Positions 12,317 to 19,138 of a stretch of DNA of 24,000 nucleotides are shown here, in pieces. Origin of the DNA: Flavobacteriales bacterium (lineage in GTDB: Bacteria > Bacteroidota > Bacteroidia > UBA10329); the NCBI GenBank assembly GCA_020635495.1, contig JACJZQ010000002.1:187503-211502 (forward strand), given 5' to 3'. Below the pieces are notes generated by a model. That model had not been told where the DNA came from, ran no database searches, and saw nothing but the letters and a program-made list of their open reading frames with translations. Numbering within the stretch: the stretch's first letter is position 1; each line of letters begins with the position of its first letter. The translations under genes and the position numbers were made by a program.

Positions 12317-12344
12317 TTTCCTCTCCTGAAGGGTGTGGTGTGGG
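12317..12344 (+). repeat. Degenerate REP-like unit C (TTTCCTCTCCTGAAGGGTGTGGTGTGGG)
   Basis: It has the same layout as units A and D, but the palindrome is decayed. Confidence 0.5.
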
Positions 12345-12346
12345 AG

Positions 12347-12390
12347 TTTCCCCTCTTGAGAGGGGATCAAGGGGTGTGTTAAAAGTGTGT
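12347..12390 (+). repeat. REP-like unit D: CCCCTCTTGAGAGGGG (12350-12365), ATCAA spacer, GGGGTGTGT (12371-12379), TAAAAGTGTGT
   Basis: Third perfect copy of the 16-nt palindrome, in the same orientation as unit A. It ends 2 nt before the rpoN stop codon. Confidence 0.8.
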
Positions 12391-12392
12391 TT

Positions 12393-13850
12393 CTACAGTT
12401 CTTTCCTCAATCGGGCAACGGGAATGCCCAACTGCTCACGGTACTTGGCCACCGTTCTTCTGGCAATATTGTAGCCCTTGTCTTTCAGCAACTTGGCCAG
12501 TTTTTCATCAGCCAAAGGTTTACGCTTGTCTTCTGCCTCAATGGCATCGCTCAGAATCTTCTTCACTTCTCGGCTGCTCACCTCTTCCCCACTTTCTGTG
12601 GTAAGCGATTCTGAGAAGAACGATTTCAACAAGAATGTTCCGAATTGCGTCTGAACATACTTACTGTTGGCAACACGCGAAATGGTAGAGATATCCAACC
12701 CAACAATGTCTGAGATGTCCTTCAGGATCATCGGCTTCAGTTTGGTCTCATCTCCCGTTAGGAAATACTCTTTCTGGTATTCCATAATGGCATCCATGGT
12801 GCTGTAAAGCGTCATCTGCCGCTGCTTGATGGCATCAATGAACCACTTGGCCCCATCCAACTTCTGCTTCACAAATTGCACCGCATCCTTGTTGGCTTTG
12901 CCCTTCGTCTCGGAATACGCCCTCAGCATTTGTTTGTACTCATTGCTTACTTTAAGTTGAGGCGCATTTCTTCCGTTCAGTGTCAGTTCCAGCTTTCCAT
13001 CTTCGTTGGTTATCTGAAAATCGGCAACAATATTCTGCACCACCTTGGTGCTGTCTGAAAGCGAGTTGCCGGGACGCGGATTCAGCTTCAGAATCTCATC
13101 CAATACCTCTTTCAACTTCTCCTCCGTAATATCCAGCCGCTGGCAGATCTTGGTGTAATGCTTTTTCGAGAACTCATCCATCATTTTGCTGATGAGCTGC
13201 TTGGCCAAGGCCACATTCTCCGTCTCTTCCTTGCGTTGTAGCTGAATCATCAAACACTCCTGAAGATTGGTGGCTCCTACTCCCGCTGGCTCAAACGACT
13301 GGACGATATCCAACATATCCTCCACCTCATCTTCGTTGGTCTGAATGTTCTGCGTAAAAGCCAGGTCATCCACTATGGCATACACCTCTCTGCGCAGGTA
13401 GCCGTCATCATCTATGTTACCGATAATGTTCTCGGCTATGGTCTTCTGGGTATCGCTCAATACGCGCATGCCCAATTGTTCTAGCAGCAGATCTTGGAAA
13501 CTGGCGCCACCGCTCAGTGGCATTTCCCGTTCCTCATCATCTGCACTGCTGTTGTTCGCATACAGCTTGTAATCGGGAATGTCGTCATCATCAAGATAAT
13601 CCTCTATGCTGAACTCGTCATCCGCAGAGTTATCTTCATAATCGTCCGCATCATCGTTCTGAAGGTCGGCAAACTCATCGTCCATCTCATCGCCCTCGGG
13701 CCCTTCTTCCAATGCCGGATTGGCCTCCAGTTCTTCTTTAATGCGCGCCTCCAAGGCAATGGTTGGCACCTGAAGTAACTTCATAAGCTGTATCTGCTGT
13801 GGCGATAAACGCTGCAGCTGTTTCTGTGATAATCGTTGTTTTAGTGCCAT
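12393..13850 (-). CDS. rpoN: RNA polymerase sigma-54 factor
   Basis: Region I MALKQRLSQKQLQRLSPQQIQLMKLLQVPTIALEARIKEELEANPALEE, an acidic region II, and the C-terminal RpoN box ARRTVAKYREQLGIPVARLRK. Confidence 0.95.
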   Translation of the reverse strand: MALKQRLSQKQLQRLSPQQIQLMKLLQVPTIALEARIKEELEANPALEEGPEGDEMDDEFADLQNDDADDYEDNSADDEFSIEDYLDDDDIPDYKLYANNSSADDEEREMPLSGGASFQDLLLEQLGMRVLSDTQKTIAENIIGNIDDDGYLRREVYAIVDDLAFTQNIQTNEDEVEDMLDIVQSFEPAGVGATNLQECLMIQLQRKEETENVALAKQLISKMMDEFSKKHYTKICQRLDITEEKLKEVLDEILKLNPRPGNSLSDSTKVVQNIVADFQITNEDGKLELTLNGRNAPQLKVSNEYKQMLRAYSETKGKANKDAVQFVKQKLDGAKWFIDAIKQRQMTLYSTMDAIMEYQKEYFLTGDETKLKPMILKDISDIVGLDISTISRVANSKYVQTQFGTFLLKSFFSESLTTESGEEVSSREVKKILSDAIEAEDKRKPLADEKLAKLLKDKGYNIARRTVAKYREQLGIPVARLRKEL

Positions 13851-13958
13851 GGTGAGTGGGGTTTACGATTGCTCCAATATCGCCATTCCAATTAGAGTGC
13901 CAAAAGAGTTTTACTGATCGTTTTTCAATAGATTCAAGTTCGAAAAAACTTTTGAGAA

Positions 13959-14297
13959 ATGGCATTCAGCGAACATTTGGCAGAGCGTGTCAGGCAACGA
14001 TTACGCAAGGCCAACATTACGGACGAAAAGCGAATGATGGGCGGGCTCATCTTCATGGTAAACGACAAAATGTGCGTGGGTGTTGATATGGACAAAACCA
14101 CTGGCAACGACCGACTTATGGTGCGCGTTGGCAAAGCATCGCATGACCAATTGGTGTTTCAACACGGCAGCCGCGAGATGGACTTTACGGGCCGCGTTAT
14201 GCGCGGATTTCTATTCGTTGGCCCAGAAGGTTTTGATTCTGAAGAGGACCTAGACTTTTGGATAGAAAAGGCGTTGGAGTTTAACGCCTTGCTCTAA
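13959..14297 (+). CDS. TfoX/Sxy N-terminal-domain family protein (single domain, 112 aa)
   Basis: [15 protein letters not shown]...[20 protein letters not shown]...LMVRVGK...[36 protein letters not shown] fits the TfoX_N pattern as I recall it (MFGG.afmvnGkM). Confidence 0.7.
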   Translation: MAFSEHLAERVRQRLRKANITDEKRMMGGLIFMVNDKMCVGVDMDKTTGNDRLMVRVGKASHDQLVFQHGSREMDFTGRVMRGFLFVGPEGFDSEEDLDFWIEKALEFNALL

Positions 14298-15733
14298 AAC
14301 TCACAATTCTTCGGAGTCCGTGGGAAAGGAATCACATCACGGATGTTGGTCATTCCGGTAAGGAATAGCATCAGACGCTCGAAGCCAAGGCCAAAGCCGC
14401 TGTGCGTTACCGTACCGAACTTGCGGGTATCGAGGTACCACCACACGCTTTCCTCTGGAATATGGAAATCCTTCACTTTCTGTAGCAGCACATCGTAGCG
14501 TTCCTCACGCTGCGAGCCACCCACAATTTCACCGATACCTGGGAACAGAATGTCCATGGCGGCAACGGTCTTACCGTCCTCGTTCAGTTTCATGTAGAAT
14601 GCCTTGATCTTAGCAGGATACCCTGTAATGATCACCGGCTTCTGGAAATGCTTCTCCACCAAGTAACGCTCGTGCTCGCTCTGTAGGTCCACGCCCCACT
14701 CGTTTACCAAGAATTGGAACTTCTTCTTCTTGTTCGGTTGGCTATTGCGGAGAATGTCCACTGCCTCCGTGTAGGTGATGCGGGCAAAATCGTTGTTCAC
14801 CACAAAGTTGAGCTTCTCCAACAACTCCATTGGTTGACGCTTGTCCTGTGGCAAGCCTTTCTCTTCCTGTACAATTCTATCCGAAAGGAATTGCAGATCA
14901 TCCGGACAGGTTTCCATCACATACTTGATGGTCTCCTTGAGGAAATCCTCAGCAAGATCCATGTTGTCGTAAATGTCATAGAATGCCACCTCAGGCTCAA
15001 TCATCCAGAATTCGGCCAAGTGACGAGAAGTATTGGAGTTCTCCGCACGGAATGTGGGCCCGAAGGTGTAGACCTTAGAAAGTGCCAAAGCGGCCAACTC
15101 GGCTTCTAATTGCCCTGTTACACACAGGTTGGTCTGCTTTCCGAAGAAATCCTCGGAGAAATCTACCGAACCATCTTCGTTCAATGGTGGGTTCTTGGCA
15201 TCCAATGTAGAAACACGGAACATCTCTCCTGCTCCTTCGCCATCGGTGGCGGTAAGAATGGGAGAATGGATGTTGTAGAAACCGCGGTCGTTGAAATACT
15301 TGTGAATAGCAAACGTGAGCGCATGACGCACGCGGAACACCGAGCTGAAGGTGCTGGTGCGCATACGCAGGTGAGCGTTCTCGCGCAGGAACTCCAAACT
15401 GTGCTTCTTTGGCTGAATTGGGAATTTCTCTGGGTCTGCCTCACCATGCACTTCAAACGAAGTGGCCTTCACCTCTACTCTTTGCCCCTTACCCTCGCTT
15501 GCAACCAACTGTCCTTTGATGGAAACACATGCGCCTGTGGTCACTTTAATAAGGTCAGCCTCTTTAAAGCTTCCCTCAAGGTCGAACACGCACTGGATGT
15601 TATTGACCGAAGAACCATCGTTCATGGCCACGAAATTGACATACGCGTTGCCTCTTTTGGTGCGTACCCAACCTCTTACGGTCACTTCTCTGTCCAACTG
15701 TTCTGTTACCAATAACTCCTTAATGCTTTCCAT
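14294..15733 (-). CDS. asnS: Asparagine--tRNA ligase
   Basis: N-terminal OB-fold anticodon-binding domain ([26 protein letters not shown]), class II motifs ([39 protein letters not shown]) and the AsnRS-typical C-terminus [10 protein letters not shown]. The start is placed at MESIKELL (15733) rather than the track start at 15766. Confidence 0.95.
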   Translation of the reverse strand: MESIKELLVTEQLDREVTVRGWVRTKRGNAYVNFVAMNDGSSVNNIQCVFDLEGSFKEADLIKVTTGACVSIKGQLVASEGKGQRVEVKATSFEVHGEADPEKFPIQPKKHSLEFLRENAHLRMRTSTFSSVFRVRHALTFAIHKYFNDRGFYNIHSPILTATDGEGAGEMFRVSTLDAKNPPLNEDGSVDFSEDFFGKQTNLCVTGQLEAELAALALSKVYTFGPTFRAENSNTSRHLAEFWMIEPEVAFYDIYDNMDLAEDFLKETIKYVMETCPDDLQFLSDRIVQEEKGLPQDKRQPMELLEKLNFVVNNDFARITYTEAVDILRNSQPNKKKKFQFLVNEWGVDLQSEHERYLVEKHFQKPVIITGYPAKIKAFYMKLNEDGKTVAAMDILFPGIGEIVGGSQREERYDVLLQKVKDFHIPEESVWWYLDTRKFGTVTHSGFGLGFERLMLFLTGMTNIRDVIPFPRTPKNCEF

Positions 15734-15753
15734 TGCCTTGTGTTTGAAGCGCG

Positions 15754-15761
15754 CAAAGATA
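15754..15761 (-). promoter_or_regulatory. Bacteroidota-type -7 promoter box TATCTTTG (TAnnTTTG) for asnS
   Basis: Exact match to the consensus on the minus strand, 20 nt upstream of the asnS ATG and followed by GCGC. Confidence 0.5.
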
Positions 15762-15765
15762 TACA

Positions 15766-15840
15766 AGCCGTTAGCTTTTAGCAGTTAGCAATTAGCCACA
15801 ATTAATGGTTCTTGAGGCTAGTGGCTTGAGGCTCGCGGCT
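15766..15840. repeat. 7-nt-periodic imperfect hairpin element, copy 1
   Basis: In the left arm, TTAGC recurs at 15771, 15778, 15785 and 15792. In the right arm, GGCT recurs at 15816, 15823, 15830 and 15837. The arms are imperfect reverse complements. Confidence 0.6.
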
Positions 15841-15868
15841 ATTATTAATGTTGCATCATCGAAAACTT

Positions 15869-15898
15869 AGGAAACTTTTAACATAAAAAACGTTTCCT
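15869..15898. promoter_or_regulatory. Inverted repeat AGGAAACTTTT-N7-AAAAcGTTTCCT upstream of tetR; candidate TetR operator
   Basis: The 7-bp outer arms AGGAAAC/GTTTCCT are perfect, and the inner TTTT/AAAA pairs with a one-base bulge. It lies 16 nt upstream of the putative -7 box. Confidence 0.35.
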
Positions 15899-15913
15899 TG
15901 GTTTATTCAGCAG

Positions 15914-15921
15914 TATATTTG
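15914..15921 (+). promoter_or_regulatory. Bacteroidota-type -7 promoter box TATATTTG for the tetR efflux operon
   Basis: Exact TAnnTTTG match followed by GCGC, as at asnS. It lies only 8 nt before the TTG start, implying an almost leaderless mRNA, which lowers confidence. Confidence 0.35.
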
Positions 15922-15929
15922 CGCCCGAT

Positions 15930-16559
15930 TTGGAAGAAAAAGCACAGAATATTATCGATCAGGCCATTCAGCTTTTCACCCAGTATGGGGTGAAAAGTCT
16001 GACCATGGATGATCTTGCCCGTCATATGGGCGTTTCCAAAAAAACGCTTTACCAAGTTGTAACTGATAAAGCCGACCTGGTCAGCCGCACCATTCAGCAT
16101 TACATCGATCAAGATGTTTGCGAACTGGAAAAAGTGCACGAGGAAAGCGAAAATGCCATTGAGGAAATGTTCATGATCGCGCAGCGCGTAAGCGAACACC
16201 TTAAGCAGATGCACCCTTCCATTCTCTACGATCTGGAAAAGTATTATCCCAAGGCTTTTAAGACGTTTCAGGAATACAAGGTGAAGGACATTCAAGGATG
16301 CGTTGCCAGGAACATCAGAGACGGTATTGAGCAAGGGCTTTACCGCGATAACATCAATATCCCTATTGTAGCGGGACTCTACATTGGTCGCATGGATTTG
16401 ATCTTCGACCAGCAGTTGTTCCCTTCATCCAAGTACAGTCCAAAGGATGTTTACTTCGAAGCTATCCGTTATCACATCCGCGGCATTGCCAGCGAAAAAG
16501 GCATCGAATACCTGAAGGACAAGTTTAAAACTATCGATACACAGAACCCTATTTTCTAA
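15930..16559 (+). CDS. TetR/AcrR-family transcriptional regulator, first gene of efflux operon 2
   Basis: N-terminal HTH IIDQAIQLFTQYGVKSLTMDDLARHMGVSKKTLYQVVTDKADLV. TTG start (no in-frame ATG upstream of the HTH; in-frame stop at 15879). Its stop lies 1 nt before the tolC ATG. Confidence 0.85.
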   Translation: MEEKAQNIIDQAIQLFTQYGVKSLTMDDLARHMGVSKKTLYQVVTDKADLVSRTIQHYIDQDVCELEKVHEESENAIEEMFMIAQRVSEHLKQMHPSILYDLEKYYPKAFKTFQEYKVKDIQGCVARNIRDGIEQGLYRDNINIPIVAGLYIGRMDLIFDQQLFPSSKYSPKDVYFEAIRYHIRGIASEKGIEYLKDKFKTIDTQNPIF

Positions 16560-16560
16560 T

Positions 16561-17907
16561 ATGAGAAACCTACTCATACTTACCGTCAGCGCCTTACTTG
16601 CCACAACCACGTTGGCGCAAGAAGGCAATGTGCTGGAACTGAGCGTTGAAGATGCAGTTGTTTACGCTTGGCAGAACAGCCTGAAATCGAAAACGGCTGC
16701 CATTGATGTTCAACAAGCAGACAAGGACGTTTGGATTCAGGCTGCACGTGGTCTACCTATTGTGAACGGTTCTGTTGGAATGAACAATTTCCTTGATCTT
16801 CCAACTTCCGTTTTCGATGCAAGTGCATTCAACCCATTGGCCCCGCCAGGAGAACTCGCAGAGCTTCAGTTTGGTCAACCATGGACGATGGAAGCAGGTG
16901 TTACAGCATCTCTTCAGCTTTTTGACGGCTCATACATCATTGGTGTAAAAGGTGCAAAAGGCTTTCAGAAGATGAGCCGAGACATGGAGAAGATGACCAA
17001 GAATGAAGTGAAAACCATTGTTGGCGAGGCTTACTACACTTCGCAGATAGCCAAGGAAAATGTTCGACTGTTGAATGAGAACATTGCCAACATGCAACGG
17101 ACAATTGAAGAAACCAAGGCACTTTACGAGGAAGGTTTTGCAGAGGAGATGGATGTAGAGCAGCTGGATCTTCTTATCAACCAAATGAAGAATCGCGCTA
17201 AGCAGGCAGAGCGTCAGCACCAGGCAACATTGAATTTGCTCAAGTACAAAATGGGCATGCCGATAGACCAGAAGATCACACTTACAGATGATCTTAATTC
17301 GCTTTGGACACGCCAGTCGAATGATGAGTTGATGGCCATGGAGCTTGATCTGGACGCAAACATTGCTTACGACCTTGTGAAGCAAGATGTGGTTATGCAT
17401 GGTTACCTGGTAAAGTTGGAAGAGGCCAAGTATTACCCGCGTCTGAATGCCTTCTTCGATTACAAGCAACAGGCCTTCAGAAATGATTTCGACTTCTTCG
17501 ACTTTGATAAGTCGTGGTACCCACAAACCCTTTGGGGAGTTAAGTTGAATGTGCCGATCTGGGATAACCTAGGAGCAGCAGCGGGCATTAAGAAAGCCAA
17601 GTTGGAACAACAGAAGATCAAGAACAGGCTTGCCGACACGGAGCAGGCCTTGAAGCTACAAGCGGTTACCGCAAAAGCGGATTTCACCTCGGCATTGGAG
17701 CAATTGGAAACCAGCGAGGAGAACATTGAACTGGCAACTCGCATCAAAGAGAAAACGCTTATTAAATACCAAGAAGGTTTGGCAACAAGCATGGAGCTGA
17801 CCACGGCCGAAAACCAATTGATTCAGGCGCAAGCAGAGTACATCAGCACGCTCTTCGCTGCTATGAATGCCAAACTGGAAATGAAAAAAGTACTTGAAAA
17901 CAACTGA
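16561..17907 (+). CDS. TolC-family outer membrane efflux protein (efflux operon 2)
   Basis: Signal peptide MRNLLILTVSALLATTTLAQ, 448 aa, two-repeat OMF-like sequence. It sits between tetR and the adaptor. Confidence 0.9.
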   Translation: MRNLLILTVSALLATTTLAQEGNVLELSVEDAVVYAWQNSLKSKTAAIDVQQADKDVWIQAARGLPIVNGSVGMNNFLDLPTSVFDASAFNPLAPPGELAELQFGQPWTMEAGVTASLQLFDGSYIIGVKGAKGFQKMSRDMEKMTKNEVKTIVGEAYYTSQIAKENVRLLNENIANMQRTIEETKALYEEGFAEEMDVEQLDLLINQMKNRAKQAERQHQATLNLLKYKMGMPIDQKITLTDDLNSLWTRQSNDELMAMELDLDANIAYDLVKQDVVMHGYLVKLEEAKYYPRLNAFFDYKQQAFRNDFDFFDFDKSWYPQTLWGVKLNVPIWDNLGAAAGIKKAKLEQQKIKNRLADTEQALKLQAVTAKADFTSALEQLETSEENIELATRIKEKTLIKYQEGLATSMELTTAENQLIQAQAEYISTLFAAMNAKLEMKKVLENN

Positions 17908-17925
17908 TAGAAAGCCATCATCATT

Positions 17926-19062
17926 ATGAGAACCAACATTATTGTATTTGCAGCCCTCCTAGCACTTGCCTCTTGCGGTGGCGAGAAAACCTTGGAAGAA
18001 CGAAAAGCCGACCTCGACAAGAAAAAGGTTGAGTTGGCCAAACTTCAGAACGAGGTGGAAAAGATGGAAGCCGAAATTCTGGCCGATGACCCAACACACG
18101 GGAAGAAAGAGGAAGTTGGAATTCTAGTTGCCGTTAAGAAGGTGACTCCTGAGGAGTTTGAACACCACTTTGAGGTAAACGGAAGTTTGGAAGCCGTTGA
18201 GCAAGCCAACATCAGCCCAGAGCAAGGCGGACAGATAAAGCAGATCCTAGTTAAAGAAGGAGATAAAGTTGCTGCGGGCACCGTGCTTGCCAAACTGAAC
18301 ACCAGCGTAATTGCCACCAATTTGGAGGAATTGGAAAACGGCATTGAACTGGCTAAAACAGTTTACGACCGTCAAGCGCGTTTGTGGGAACAGAAAATCG
18401 GCTCTGAGATTCAGTACCTAGAGGCCAAGAACCGTTTGGAGAATCTTCAGAAAAAGAAAGAGACGTTAATTGCTCAGATGGCCATGAGCACGGTTAAGGC
18501 GCCATTTGCGGGAGTTGTGGATAGAATCTGGCAAAAGGAAGGCGAACTGGGTGCACCAGGACAGCCGTTGCTTACGCTGGTAAACATGAGCGAAATGAAG
18601 GTGAAAGCCGATGTTTCGGAGAACTATGTTCAGGCGGTAAAGGAGAATGCTCAGGTTGATGTTGACTTCCCTTCATTTGGAATTAGCACCAAAGCACCTA
18701 TCCGTCAGGTGAGCAACATCATCAACCCATCTAACAGAACTTTCAGCGTTGAGGTTCGTGTTCCAAACAAAGATGGGTCGCTAAAACCTAACGGTGTTGC
18801 CACACTCAGAATCAAAGATTTTGAAGTGGCCGATGCATTGGTTGTTCCAGCTATTTCCATCAGCAAAGATGCCAAAGGAGATTTCCTTTTTGTGATTCAG
18901 GAAGAGGAAGGCAAAACAAAGGCCGTTAAGAAGTACGTGACCACAGGCAGAACCAGTGGCGGACAGACAAGAGTTGTTGAAGGATTATCAAGCGGTGACC
19001 AAGTCGTGGTAGAAGGCTACAACGAAGTTGCCAACGGAGACCTCGTTCAAATTCAAGGGTAA
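17926..19062 (+). CDS. RND efflux periplasmic adaptor subunit (lipoprotein, MFP/HlyD-type)
   Basis: Lipobox LALASCGG, a coiled-coil hairpin (KADLDKKKVELAKLQNEVEKMEAEIL; ...YLEAKNRLENLQKKKETLIAQMA), a lipoyl motif (GGQIKQILVKEGDKVAAGTVLAKL) and a beta-barrel segment. Confidence 0.9.
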   Translation: MRTNIIVFAALLALASCGGEKTLEERKADLDKKKVELAKLQNEVEKMEAEILADDPTHGKKEEVGILVAVKKVTPEEFEHHFEVNGSLEAVEQANISPEQGGQIKQILVKEGDKVAAGTVLAKLNTSVIATNLEELENGIELAKTVYDRQARLWEQKIGSEIQYLEAKNRLENLQKKKETLIAQMAMSTVKAPFAGVVDRIWQKEGELGAPGQPLLTLVNMSEMKVKADVSENYVQAVKENAQVDVDFPSFGISTKAPIRQVSNIINPSNRTFSVEVRVPNKDGSLKPNGVATLRIKDFEVADALVVPAISISKDAKGDFLFVIQEEEGKTKAVKKYVTTGRTSGGQTRVVEGLSSGDQVVVEGYNEVANGDLVQIQG

Positions 19063-19136
19063 TAGCATTTAGTCGCAAGCCCTAAGCCACAAGAAATTGA
19101 ACTTGAAGCATGCGGCTAGCAACTTGTAACTAAGTA
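19063..19136 (+). repeat. 7-nt-periodic imperfect hairpin element, copy 2 (intercistronic, adaptor to pump)
   Basis: The left arm has period-7 starts at 19063, 19070, 19077, 19084 and 19091 (TAGC/TAGT/AAGC/AAGC/AAG). The right arm has CTT/CAT/CTA/CTT/CTA at 19102, 19109, 19116, 19123 and 19130. The core AAGCCACAAG-N8-CTTGAAGC parallels TTAGCCACAA-N9-CTTGAGGC of copy 1. The hairpin spans 19075-19120. Confidence 0.55.
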
Positions 19137-19138
19137 AA

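Noticed and set aside
11796-12392. Possibility that the clustered GC-rich repeats are a small CRISPR array or a G-quadruplex locus.
   Set aside because: The units occur in both orientations with irregular spacing, one interval is a whole gene, and there are no cas genes. The G-runs are too few and their loops too long (up to 17 nt) for a confident intramolecular G4.
13550-13720. Asp/Glu-rich low-complexity stretch (GAT/GAC/GAA-rich DNA) inside rpoN.
   Set aside because: This is the normal acidic region II of sigma-54, in frame and uninterrupted. It is not a repeat expansion or a foreign insert.
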